Positions 20,885-29,958 of a stretch of DNA of 64,000 nucleotides are shown here, piece by piece. Source of the DNA: Verrucomicrobiota bacterium (GTDB taxonomy: Bacteria; Verrucomicrobiota; Lentisphaeria; Lentisphaerales; Lentisphaeraceae). Position 1 is the first letter of the stretch; each line of letters opens with the position of its first letter. The DNA lies in assembly GCA_039798785.1 (NCBI GenBank), contig JBDKFG010000008.1, positions 32,001 through 96,000 on the forward strand. Reading direction: 5' to 3'. Both the position numbers and the translations under genes were made by a program. A model generated the notes under the pieces. That model saw only the letters and a list, made by a program, of their open reading frames with translations, did no database searches and had not been told where the DNA came from.

Positions 20885-21784
20885 ATGAAAGACCTGATGA
20901 ACCTCGGCGACCTCGGCGCCGACAAGCTTGCCCAAGTGCTCGAACTCGCCGCCTGGATGAAGAAGAACCGCGGCAAGGAGCAGAAGGCCCTCGCCGGCAA
21001 GTCGATCGGCCTGATCTTCCTGAAGTCATCGACCCGCACCCGCGTCTCCTTCGAGGTCGGCGTCAACGAACTCGGCGGCTCGCCCCTCTACCTCGACAGC
21101 AACGGCCTCCAGCTCGGCCGCGGCGAGTCCTATGAAGACACCGCCCGCGTCCTCTCCCGCTACCTCCACGGCATCGTCATCCGCGGCCACGCCCACGACC
21201 AGATCGCCGCCTTCGCCAAGGAATGCTCGGTCCCCGTCATCAACGCCCTCACCGACCGCTTCCACCCCTGCCAGCTCCTCGCCGACCTGCAGACCGTGAT
21301 CGAGAAGTTCGGCCACCTCAAGGGCCTGCGCGTCAGCTTCCTCGGCGACACCGCCTGCAACATGGGCAACTCCTGGATCCTCGCCTCGCAGCTCTGCGGC
21401 TTCGAACTCCGCCTCGGCGGACCCAAGGGCTACCAGCCCGACTTCTCACAACTGCCCGCCTGGGTCGATACCTCCAAGATCATCGTCACCGACGACCCCG
21501 TCGCCGCCGTCAAGGACTGCCACGTCGTCAACACCGACACCTGGGTGTCGATGGGCTTCGAGGCCGAAGCCGCCGATCGTCTCAAGGCCCTCGCCCCCTT
21601 CCAGCTCAACGCCGAGCTCCTCGCCCACGCCGACAAGTCGGCCATCGTCATGCACTGCCTGCCCGCCTACCGCGGCAAGGAAGTCACCGCCGAAGTCCTC
21701 GACGGCCCCCGTTCCGTGATCTGGGACGAAGCGGAAAACCGCCTCCACGCCCAGAAGGCGCTGATGGCGACGCTGTTCAAGTGA
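20885..21784 (+). CDS. argF: Ornithine carbamoyltransferase
   Basis: KSSTRTRVSFE, HPCQLLAD, TDTWVSMG, MHCLPA, EAENRLH. Confidence 0.96.
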   Translation: MKDLMNLGDLGADKLAQVLELAAWMKKNRGKEQKALAGKSIGLIFLKSSTRTRVSFEVGVNELGGSPLYLDSNGLQLGRGESYEDTARVLSRYLHGIVIRGHAHDQIAAFAKECSVPVINALTDRFHPCQLLADLQTVIEKFGHLKGLRVSFLGDTACNMGNSWILASQLCGFELRLGGPKGYQPDFSQLPAWVDTSKIIVTDDPVAAVKDCHVVNTDTWVSMGFEAEAADRLKALAPFQLNAELLAHADKSAIVMHCLPAYRGKEVTAEVLDGPRSVIWDEAENRLHAQKALMATLFK

Positions 21785-21800
21785 GCCTTCTTCCCGGGAG

Positions 21801-21825
21801 CCCCGCATGCCGATGCGGGGTTTTT
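21801..21825 (+). terminator. Rho-independent terminator after argF
   Basis: CCCCGCAT-gccg-ATGCGGGG followed by TTTTT. Confidence 0.8.
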
Positions 21826-21829
21826 GTTT

Positions 21830-21854
21830 CCTGGGAGCGCCGGCTGCCAGCCGG
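21830..21854. repeat. REP-like element, left copy (inverted relative to 23015-23039)
   Basis: CCTGGGAGCGCCGGCTGCCAGCCGG is the exact reverse complement of 23015-23039. Confidence 0.8.
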
Positions 21855-21890
21855 CCGGAGGTTTTCGGCTTTAACGATGAGGTATACATC

Positions 21891-22418
21891 ATGAATTTTC
21901 AAGCTCACACTCGAGATAATACTCTTGAAGTCGTTCTTTTAGTTTTGAATTTGTTTGTCGTTCTTTGTGCCGATTCATTTGTGGTTTCTTTGTATGAACA
22001 TGGGCTTCCTCCATGTGGAAATGACGGCGCATATTTAATCGCAGGCTACCTTCCATTGTTTTTCTTCTTCACTATATATTCAAGCATTCATCAATTAAAT
22101 CGGTGTTTTTTATATTATAAAAGCAAAAAATTATCGTTTTTAACCTTTCTAATAATTCTAAATATTGTAGTCATTATATTATCTAATACTCAATTGTTTA
22201 TTGGCGGATTATTAATGGTTATTATGTTCTCGTTTTGCACCCCACTACTAGTTGTTTCCTTAATAATAACATCTTTGGTTGTAGGCACTTTTATAGTTAA
22301 TAAAAAAGTGTTTGAAATTATAAAACTCGATCTTCGATTTTCTTGGTCTCGAATCGGGATTTCTGTTCTGATCGGATTTTTGTTATTTGTCCTTCTTTAT
22401 CCCTATCGAGGAACGTGA
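21891..22418 (+). CDS. AT-rich multi-pass membrane protein, paralogue 1
   Basis: ATG after a GAGGT RBS; about 5 hydrophobic segments; shares SLYEHG and the last ~29 aa (LRFSWSRIGISVLIGFLLFVLLYPYRGT) with the next gene. Confidence 0.7.
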   Translation: MNFQAHTRDNTLEVVLLVLNLFVVLCADSFVVSLYEHGLPPCGNDGAYLIAGYLPLFFFFTIYSSIHQLNRCFLYYKSKKLSFLTFLIILNIVVIILSNTQLFIGGLLMVIMFSFCTPLLVVSLIITSLVVGTFIVNKKVFEIIKLDLRFSWSRIGISVLIGFLLFVLLYPYRGT

Positions 22419-22420
22419 TT

Positions 22421-22987
22421 ATGGACAATTCCGAAAGACAGAATCAAGAATTAGTCATTAATTCTTGGGCTCGTAAGCAACATAATATTATGCGAGAATT
22501 TACCCTCTTAGGTTTTAATATTTTTGTTTTGTTTATTGTTGATTCATATATGAGTTCTTTGTATGAACATGGGCGATCATGTTATGGAATTGATATATTG
22601 GATTTGATTCCATATTTATTTATTTTTTGCTTTTATTCAAATGTTTATCAACTCGATCGGTCATTAAAACTTAAGAATGAATTTTTTGCCGTTACATCTA
22701 CTTTAATTTTATTGAATTGGTCCTTATTGTTATTCATCTATTTTGGAAACATTTTTTCGCATCTTAGAATTTCTGAATATTACTATATTTTATTCTTAAT
22801 TTTCGCTCTTATTTTTTCTTTTGAAGGCTTCTTTTATTTTGCATTTATGTGCATTGCATTTTTTATTCATCGCCGTTATTTTCAATGTTATTATCTCGAA
22901 CTTCGATTTTCTTGGTCTCGAATCGGGATTTCTGTTCTCATCGGATTTTTGTTATTTGTTCTGCTCTACCCCTACAGAGGAACATAA
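22421..22987 (+). CDS. AT-rich multi-pass membrane protein, paralogue 2
   Basis: Starts 2 nt after paralogue 1; identical C-terminal peptide. Confidence 0.7.
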   Translation: MDNSERQNQELVINSWARKQHNIMREFTLLGFNIFVLFIVDSYMSSLYEHGRSCYGIDILDLIPYLFIFCFYSNVYQLDRSLKLKNEFFAVTSTLILLNWSLLLFIYFGNIFSHLRISEYYYILFLIFALIFSFEGFFYFAFMCIAFFIHRRYFQCYYLELRFSWSRIGISVLIGFLLFVLLYPYRGT

Positions 22988-23011
22988 AGCCAGACGTGAC
23001 GAGCAACAAAA

Positions 23012-23225
23012 CAACCGGCTGGCAGCCGGCGCTCCCAGGGAGCTACATCGAACACAGCGGCAGAGGACTGCCGCGTTCCCAGAATAACCAACCGGCTGGC
23101 AGCCGGCGCTCCCAGGGAGCTACATCGAACACAGCGGCAGAGGAGGACTGCCGCGTTCCCAGAATAACCAACCGGCTGGCAGCCGGCGCTCCCAGGGAGC
23201 TACATCGAACAACACAGCGGCAGAG
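23012..23225. repeat. Tandem array of REP-like units (BIME-like), about 2.7 copies of a 77-80 bp unit
   Basis: The unit CAACCGGCTGGCAGCCGGCGCTCCCAGGGAGCTACATCGAACACAGCGGCAGAGGACTGCCGCGTTCCCAGAATAAC starts at 23012, 23089 and 23169. Confidence 0.85.
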
Positions 23226-23283
23226 CGCTGCCACTTCATCGGCTCAGCTCTTCAGCTTGACCGTGTCAGCTGGGCGCAGTAGA

Positions 23284-23341
23284 CTGGGACGAGGCCGATA
23301 ACCGCCTTCGCGCCGAACCGCCCTGGATGGCGACGCTGTTC
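23284..23341 (+). pseudogene. Diverged duplicate of the argF 3' end
   Basis: Ungapped match to 21721-21778 (45/58 nt); reads WDEADNRLRAEPPWMATLF versus argF WDEAENRLHAQKALMATLF. Confidence 0.7.
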
Positions 23342-23384
23342 CAACAAGGCCTCCACGCACCGCAACAAACAGGACCAGACTGCC

Positions 23385-24209
23385 ATGGCCAGCCCCTTCG
23401 ACATCGTCTCTTCATCGCCTGAACCCTTCAAGGGCAAGTCCCTATTCGTCGCCACGCCGATGTATGGCGGCCAGTGCTTCTACGGCTACATGCGCGGAGT
23501 GATGGAAGTCCAGCGCATTTGCATCCGTGAGAAGATCGGCTTCCAGATGGAGGCCATCCTCGGCAGCTCGATCATCACTTCGGCGCGCAATTCCCTGGTC
23601 GAGAAATTTCTCGAGAGCAAGGCGACGCACCTGCTCTTCCTCGACGCCGACATCGGCTTCCAAGCACACGACGTCTTCCAGCTTCTCGCCTTTGACAAGG
23701 ACATCATCGGGGCCACCTACCCGAAGAAGTTGATGGACTGGCATGCCATCCACCGTGCCGCCCATGAAGGGGGCATCAGCCGCAAGGATGCCGCCAAACT
23801 GCGCTTTGCCGCGGCGCCGATCGCCTGGCGCCCCTTGAAAGGGAAGAGCTTCAACATCGGCGGGAAGGATCCTGTCGCAGTCGAAACCCTGCCGACCGGC
23901 TTCATGATGATCAAGCGCGAAGTCATCCTCAAGTTCCTCGAAGTCTTCCCTGATCGCTACATGAAGAACGGCAAGAAAAAGACGCCGCTGATCTTCGACT
24001 TCCACTTCGACCAGGCGACCCATGAGTACTGGGGTGAAGATTATCACTTCTGCCGGGAATGGATCGCCATGGGAGGCACCATTCTCTGCTGCCCATGGAT
24101 GAAGCTGGGACACACCGGCACTTACGAGTTCCAGGGCGACCTTATCGAGACCCTGATGAGCGACAGCAGCATTCAGAAGACGCCCAACCCCGCGCTCGAC
24201 AAGGCTTAG
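23385..24209 (+). CDS. GT-A fold glycosyltransferase-like protein
   Basis: LFVATPMYGG, ARNSLVEKFL, THLLFLDADIGF (DxD), TGFMMIKR, GEDYHFC, LGHTG. Confidence 0.75.
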   Translation: MASPFDIVSSSPEPFKGKSLFVATPMYGGQCFYGYMRGVMEVQRICIREKIGFQMEAILGSSIITSARNSLVEKFLESKATHLLFLDADIGFQAHDVFQLLAFDKDIIGATYPKKLMDWHAIHRAAHEGGISRKDAAKLRFAAAPIAWRPLKGKSFNIGGKDPVAVETLPTGFMMIKREVILKFLEVFPDRYMKNGKKKTPLIFDFHFDQATHEYWGEDYHFCREWIAMGGTILCCPWMKLGHTGTYEFQGDLIETLMSDSSIQKTPNPALDKA

Positions 24210-24257
24210 ACCCGCCTCTAGAAACGCCATCCATTCCGCAAACCCCGGGAATCCGCC

Positions 24258-25640
24258 ATGCACCGCCCTGCCGCCTTCGTCCTCCTCCTCTCCCCGCTCG
24301 GCCTACTCTCTTGCGCCGCGGAGTGGAGCAAGCCGGAGGCGCCGGCGCTGCCCGCCTCACTGCCGGCAAAGAGCGAGCCCCTGGCCAAATGGTGGACTCA
24401 GCTCGGCTCTCCTCAACTCGATGCCCTGGTCGAAGAGGCGATGGCCAAGAATCTGGATGTCGCGATCGCCTTGACCAAGATCGCCGAAGACGGCGGCGCC
24501 ATCGACGCCATCGTGGCGGCCAGCCTGCCTTCTCTCGATGCTGGCGGCGGCGTCACCCGCAAGCAACGTTCTGCCAATGTCAACGGCGCCGACCAGGGGC
24601 CGCCGATCAGCAACACCTGGAATGCCGCGCTGAAATTTTCCTACGAAACCGACGTTTCCGCTCTCAATCTCCGTTCTCGCAAGGCGATGGCGCATGACCT
24701 GCTCCGGGCCGACACCTATCTGGCCGCCGCCACCCGCGCCGCCCTCAGCGGCCGCGTCGTCCGCGCCGTTTTCGCCGCCGGAGCGGCGCGCAAGCAATGC
24801 GAGCAGCTTCGACTCGCCATCGCCTCCTACGATGAAAGCCTGAAGATCCGGCAGCGCCAGCTCGACATCGGCGCCGCCAGTCCTCTCGAGCTGCAGCGGA
24901 TCGAGGCGGAAGCAGCTCGCCTTCGGTCCTCTCTCCCGGCTCTCGAACAAGCCGGCGAACAGGCCCTGCATCTGCTTGCGTTCCTGCTCGGACGCGATCT
25001 CGGCGACACCCGCCTGGCTGAGCAGGTAGCGGCCATCGATTTCGAGCGCATCAGCTCGCCGCTGCCCCCCCCAGAGCTCGCCGCCGACCTGCTGCAACGC
25101 CGGCCCGACGTCCTTGCCGCCGAAGCCCAGCTCGACCTGGCCGCAAATGAGGTCAACGCAGTCCGCTCCCGCTACTATCCGAGAATTTCCCTTCTCGGCG
25201 GCATCGGCTTCGAAGCCGACCGGAGCGGCAGGCTCTTCGACTCTGATTCGAAGACCTGGAGCGGCGGCATCGGCGTGTCGCAAGCCCTGCTCGGACTTTT
25301 TGCCGTCGCCGCCGATGAAGACCGCGCCATCGCCCGGCGCGAACGCGGCGCCCTGCTCTACCGCCAAACCGCCTTCCGCGCCTGGCAGGAGGCACGCAGC
25401 AGCCTGAGCGCCTGCACCGCCGGCAGCCGCCGCGTCAGTGCCCTGCAAGAGCGCGTCGCCGCCCTCCGAGCTCAGCTTGCCAGCTTGGAGAAACGCCGCG
25501 ATCTCGGCGCCGCCGGCAGCCTCGAGGTGCGAGTCGCCGAACGCGAACTGATCGATGCCGAAATCAACCTGGTCCAGGCACGCACTGATGCCGCCATCTC
25601 CCGCAGCGAGGCCATCCTCGCCCTCGGCGGGGCTTGGTGA
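24258..25640 (+). CDS. TolC/OprM-family outer membrane efflux lipoprotein
   Basis: LLSC lipobox, WWTQLGSPQLDALVEEAMAKNLD, LLQRRPDVLAAE, YYPRISL, LALGGAW C-terminus. Confidence 0.88.
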   Translation: MHRPAAFVLLLSPLGLLSCAAEWSKPEAPALPASLPAKSEPLAKWWTQLGSPQLDALVEEAMAKNLDVAIALTKIAEDGGAIDAIVAASLPSLDAGGGVTRKQRSANVNGADQGPPISNTWNAALKFSYETDVSALNLRSRKAMAHDLLRADTYLAAATRAALSGRVVRAVFAAGAARKQCEQLRLAIASYDESLKIRQRQLDIGAASPLELQRIEAEAARLRSSLPALEQAGEQALHLLAFLLGRDLGDTRLAEQVAAIDFERISSPLPPPELAADLLQRRPDVLAAEAQLDLAANEVNAVRSRYYPRISLLGGIGFEADRSGRLFDSDSKTWSGGIGVSQALLGLFAVAADEDRAIARRERGALLYRQTAFRAWQEARSSLSACTAGSRRVSALQERVAALRAQLASLEKRRDLGAAGSLEVRVAERELIDAEINLVQARTDAAISRSEAILALGGAW

Positions 25641-25743
25641 GTTCTTTTCAAGCCATTAAAAATTCCGATATTTACCTCGGACGGATTTCCTCTTTTCTGC
25701 CGGCACTCTAGTTTAAGCTCGTCTAGAGACAATTGAGGGGAGC

Positions 25744-26346
25744 ATGGACGACACCCGCATCACTTTGCTGACTCGGCTGCGCGACCAGAGCGATGAGCGT
25801 TCATGGGAGGAATTCGCCCTCGCCTACCGCCCCTACATCCTCGCGCTGCTGCGTCGTTTCGGGATGAATTTCCACGATGCCGAGGACCTGGCGCAGGAGG
25901 TCCTGTTGAAGGCCTGGCGCAGCCTCCCCGATTACCATCATCGCGGCTCTGGATGCAAATTCCGCACCTGGCTGGGGATCATCTGCCGCAATGCCGTCCG
26001 CTCGCTGGTGCGCAGCCGTGAAGCCCGGGTGGAACGTGAAAGCCAGGAGCTGGTCGCGGCAGCTTCATGCACCGAGGCGGAGGTCGAGGCCCTGGCCGAA
26101 AAGGAATGGCGAGACTCCATCACCGCAATAGCCTGGAATCATGTCCGCTCCAGGTTTTCCGAGACGGTGCAACAATGTTTCCTGCTGTCCTCCGAAGGGC
26201 TGAGCTCTCTTGAAATCGGCACCCGCCTCGGCCTCGCCGACAGCAGCGTCCGGGTCAACAAGCAACGCGTCACCGCGGCCCTCTACAAAGAGCTCGTCCG
26301 CCTCGACAGCTACCTCGGCGATGGCCAGGGCGGGGAGTCCTCCTAG
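25744..26346 (+). CDS. ECF RNA polymerase sigma factor
   Basis: TRITLLTRLRD...SWEEF, DAEDLAQEVLLKAW, KFRTWL, C-terminal HTH. Confidence 0.88.
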   Translation: MDDTRITLLTRLRDQSDERSWEEFALAYRPYILALLRRFGMNFHDAEDLAQEVLLKAWRSLPDYHHRGSGCKFRTWLGIICRNAVRSLVRSREARVERESQELVAAASCTEAEVEALAEKEWRDSITAIAWNHVRSRFSETVQQCFLLSSEGLSSLEIGTRLGLADSSVRVNKQRVTAALYKELVRLDSYLGDGQGGESS

Positions 26347-26510
26347 AAAACACAGCCCCTTCGTTGAAGGGTAGAGACTCGAGGCATTTGAGCCATTCTC
26401 GTCACGACTTGGAAGTGCACTGGAGCCGAAGCTTGCCAGGCCCACACTGTTTTGCTGTTAAAACTTGCTGCAGCAGCTCTACCTTTCGACCTTTCGACCG
26501 GCGGGATTAG
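26343..26510. mobile_element. Diverged MITE-like element, related to the 13404 and 40027 copies, in opposite orientation
   Basis: Ends CTAGAAAACACAG...GGCGGGATTAG; internal IR GTTGAAGGGTAGAG / CTCTACCTTTCGAC with a CCTTTCGA 8-mer repeat; flanks AGTCCTC/ATTCCTC. Confidence 0.45.
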
Positions 26511-26608
26511 ATTCCTCCGTCTCCCCTCCCCCAAGCAGCTGCTTGAAAATATTGAATTACATTATAGATTTTAATATCAATAAAGTCAATAACCTCCGGA
26601 GGCCCTCG

Positions 26609-28663
26609 ATGATCCGCAAGCTTTTTCTTTTTTTGATCCTGAGTGCCGAGTGTCTCTGGGCGGCGCCGGAATTCGACCCTTGCTGGCAGGATGGGATGGT
26701 GTTGCAGCGGGGGCAGCCGATTGAAGTGAGGGGGCGTGCCGAAGCCGGCGAGGAGCTTGAGCTCAGCCTCGGAGGGAAATCGGTGCGTTTCAAAGCTGAC
26801 GCCGCGGGGCGCTGGACCGCCAGTCTTCCGGCCTTTGCGGCGGAGGGGCAAGGGAGGGATCTGCGACTTAGGGGCGGCAGCGGCGAGGCGGTGCTGAAGG
26901 AGGTTCTGATCGGCGACGTCTGGCTTTGTTCGGGTCAAAGCAACATGCTTTTCACCATCGGCCAATGCAGCGAAGGGAAGGCGGCGCTGGCGGCGGCGGA
27001 CGCGAAGGCGCCGCTGCGGCTGATGAATTTCAAGATGAAATGGCAGACCGGTCCCGGCGCCTGGAAGTCCGGGCAGCTGCCCGTCGCGGCGACCTGGTTT
27101 GAGCCCGAGTGGTCCCGTCCTGACGCTGCTCATCTGAAGGACTTCTCGGCGGTGGCCTGGTTTTTCGGCCAGGGATTGATCGCGGCTGAACCCGGAGTGC
27201 CGCTCGGCCTGATCAACTGCAGCGTCGGCGGCAGCGCCTTGATCTCCTGGCTGCCGGAAGACTGGCTGAAACGGGATGCTCTCGGAGCCAGCGAACTAGA
27301 GCATTGGCTGGACGGCAGCGGCGGCGAGGCGAGCTGGTGCGAAGTGCGGGCAGGGCAGAATCTGAGAGCGCTGAAAAAGCCCGGCGAAGCCTTCCACCCT
27401 TACAAACCGGGGGCCCTTGATGCGGCCGGCTATGCCCGGATGGAGGGCTTCCGCCTCGCCGGAATCCTTTGGTACCAGGGTGAGAGCGATGCCGAGCAGA
27501 GCTGGAGCGTACCGGCCTATCAACGCCTCCTGCCGGAGCTGGCGGCGTCGCTGCGCCGTCGCTTCGGCGAGCAGGCCGCCTTCGTCTGCATCCAGCTTCC
27601 AGGAATGGAGCGTCGTCTCTGGCCGGAGATGCGAGCGGCCCAAGCCGCCGCCTTGAAATCCGTGCCGCGCTCGGCCCTGGTCAGCACCTGGGACACCGGC
27701 GAGCGGAGGGACGTCCATCCCAAGGCGAAACAGGAAGTCGGCAGGCGGGCCGCGATCGCGGCAATCGCCTTGGCGAAGAAAGCCGAGCCCGCAGCGCCAG
27801 AGTTGCGCTCCGAGCGCTTCGAGGGCGGCGATCTGCTGCTCGCCTTCAGCTCCCCCGTGACTGGCCCGGCCAGCCCCGCCGGCTTCGAGATCCGCGACCG
27901 GAGCGGAACCTGGAAGACCGCCGCCGCCAGCCTCGAAAACGGCGGCATCCGGCTCAAGGCCGCCGCCGCCGGCCTGGCCTGGCGCTACGCCTGGAAACCC
28001 TTCCCCGGAATCGAAGCCTTGAAAGGCGCCAGCGGCCTGCCCGTGGTCCCCTGTCGCCGCGGCGGGGAAGTCCGTCGTCTCGCCTGTATCGGCGACTCGA
28101 TCACCTATGGCATGGGAATCGAGAACCGCGATGCCGACAACTATCCCGCCCAGCTTCAACGGCTGCTTGGCGACGACTGGCTGCTTGGCAATTTCGGCAA
28201 CAGCGGCCGATGCATCATCCTCAGCTCGAAACGCGGCAGCGAATCCCGCGCCTGGATGAAGCAGAAGGAGTTCCAACGGGCGCTGGCATTCGCCCCGGAC
28301 AGCGTCGTCTGCAACCTCGGGATCAACGACGTCATGGCGTTCCAGGCCGCCGCTTTCGAAAAGGACTACTCCGCCTTGATCGACGCCTTCCGGAGGCAGG
28401 GAAAGCCGGAAATCCGCATCTGGGCCCCCCTGCCGCCGCTCTTCAAGGGCCAGAAATATTTCGGCAGCCCGGCCCTCGCCGGAATCGAGGCTTCGCTGCA
28501 GAAGCTTGCCCGCGCCTGCAAGGTGAAGACCATCGACATGAAAAGCCCCTTCGTGGAGCGGGGCGACCTCTTCCCTGACCACATCCACCCCAACGGCGAA
28601 GGCGCCAGCATCATCGCCAGAGAAGTGGCGAAAAGCCTGCAGGACGACGGCCGCGGCCACTGA
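26609..28663 (+). CDS. Sialate O-acetylesterase-like protein with a second SGNH/GDSL esterase domain
   Basis: GDVWLCSGQSNM, WYQGESD, DVHPKAK; second domain IGDSIT, NLGIND, DHIHPN; signal peptide. Confidence 0.88.
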   Translation: MIRKLFLFLILSAECLWAAPEFDPCWQDGMVLQRGQPIEVRGRAEAGEELELSLGGKSVRFKADAAGRWTASLPAFAAEGQGRDLRLRGGSGEAVLKEVLIGDVWLCSGQSNMLFTIGQCSEGKAALAAADAKAPLRLMNFKMKWQTGPGAWKSGQLPVAATWFEPEWSRPDAAHLKDFSAVAWFFGQGLIAAEPGVPLGLINCSVGGSALISWLPEDWLKRDALGASELEHWLDGSGGEASWCEVRAGQNLRALKKPGEAFHPYKPGALDAAGYARMEGFRLAGILWYQGESDAEQSWSVPAYQRLLPELAASLRRRFGEQAAFVCIQLPGMERRLWPEMRAAQAAALKSVPRSALVSTWDTGERRDVHPKAKQEVGRRAAIAAIALAKKAEPAAPELRSERFEGGDLLLAFSSPVTGPASPAGFEIRDRSGTWKTAAASLENGGIRLKAAAAGLAWRYAWKPFPGIEALKGASGLPVVPCRRGGEVRRLACIGDSITYGMGIENRDADNYPAQLQRLLGDDWLLGNFGNSGRCIILSSKRGSESRAWMKQKEFQRALAFAPDSVVCNLGINDVMAFQAAAFEKDYSALIDAFRRQGKPEIRIWAPLPPLFKGQKYFGSPALAGIEASLQKLARACKVKTIDMKSPFVERGDLFPDHIHPNGEGASIIAREVAKSLQDDGRGH

Positions 28664-28807
28664 ATTTGTCCTTCCCCAGGCCTAGGGCTTCGCCGAGACT
28701 CCGGCTTTCCTCCGGGGCGTCGCCAAACCGCCAGGCACCGCAGCGTCCGCGAGCGGATGGCGTGAATCCTAATTCACCTCTCAGTCACTTCAAGAAGCAA
28801 GTTTTTC

Positions 28808-28837
28808 TTGACAAAGCAGAGTTTCAAGGCGTATACT
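28808..28837 (+). promoter_or_regulatory. Putative sigma70 promoter for the two-component pair
   Basis: TTGACA-N18-TATACT, 80 nt upstream of the ATG at 28918. Confidence 0.6.
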
Positions 28838-28917
28838 GGGATGCAGGCAATCCTGTAATTGCTCTGCGCTGCCCGAGGTCGGGCTTACAACTGTGTTCAC
28901 TTGGAGCGGCTAGCCAT

Positions 28918-29958
28918 ATGGATACTCCCGAGCCCCCCCCCCCTCAAGCTCTCGGCCGCAGGTCGCAGATCCTGGCAGTGGATGACAATCCTGCCAATCT
29001 CAAGATCTTGTCGCGCATGCTCGAGAGCATCGGATACGAGGTCCGCTTTGCCAGCGACGGCCTGCGGGCGCTGGATTGCCTGCGTTGCGAGCGCCCCGAT
29101 TTGATTCTCATGGACATTCACATGCCCGGACTCGACGGATATGAAACCTGCCGCCGCCTCAAGGCCGATCCGCTGCGCCGTGACATCCCGGTGATTTTCT
29201 GCACCGCTCTCAACGACGACTTCAACAAAAGCCTGGCCTATTCAGTCGGGGGCATCGACTACATCACCAAGCCGTATTTCCTGGTCGAATTCGAGACGCG
29301 CCTGAAGGTGCACCTGGCGCACAGCCGGCAACAGCGCTGCCTCGAACTTCTCGGGCATGCCCTCGAGCATCAACTGGGGGGCGTCTTCCTCGCCACCGGC
29401 AGACGCTTCAGCCATGACGCGGTCCTGCAGAGCGGAGAACCCCTCCTTTCCCATCTTCTGCCGGCGGCAGAATACCTGCAGCGCCTGCCCGGCCTGCTGC
29501 AAGACCGGACTCACGAAGTGCCCGGACGCCGGATCAACCTCCTCTCGAGCCTCCGCGGAACCCAGAGTTTCTTCACTGCCGAGCTGCGGCAGCGGGGTGT
29601 TACCCTGCATCTCCATTTCGACCGCTCCCTGCCCGACGTCAGCGGCGACGAAGCCCTGTTTCTTTTCGGAGTGATCCACAACAGCCTGCTCGGGCTTGTC
29701 GAACTCGACGCCGCAGGCCGTCCCCTCAATCTCGAGCCGTACAGCCTCGGCCTGCACCATGGGGTGAAACTCCAGATCCCCGGAGGGCGAGTTCCTGCGG
29801 AAGTGCTGGACCTGATCTGTGAAGGAGCCAGCGGCAAGCTGGCGGTAGCCGGCCTTGCTCTTGCACGCGAGCTGCAGCTGCGGATGGGCGGCATCTTCGA
29901 ATTCAACGAGAATCCTGACGCCCTTGAGCTTCTGATCCTGCTGCCCGGTGTCGCATGA
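28918..29958 (+). CDS. Response regulator receiver fused to a degenerate histidine-kinase-like domain
   Basis: AVDDN, DLILMDIHMPGLDG, DYITKPY. The C-terminal half has only remnants (GLALARELQLRMGG) and no recognisable H/N box. Confidence 0.8.
   Translation: MDTPEPPPPQALGRRSQILAVDDNPANLKILSRMLESIGYEVRFASDGLRALDCLRCERPDLILMDIHMPGLDGYETCRRLKADPLRRDIPVIFCTALNDDFNKSLAYSVGGIDYITKPYFLVEFETRLKVHLAHSRQQRCLELLGHALEHQLGGVFLATGRRFSHDAVLQSGEPLLSHLLPAAEYLQRLPGLLQDRTHEVPGRRINLLSSLRGTQSFFTAELRQRGVTLHLHFDRSLPDVSGDEALFLFGVIHNSLLGLVELDAAGRPLNLEPYSLGLHHGVKLQIPGGRVPAEVLDLICEGASGKLAVAGLALARELQLRMGGIFEFNENPDALELLILLPGVA

Noticed and set aside
23012..23225. Possible CRISPR array
   Set aside because: The sequences between repeats are essentially identical rather than unique spacers, the units are REP-like palindromes, and no cas genes are present.
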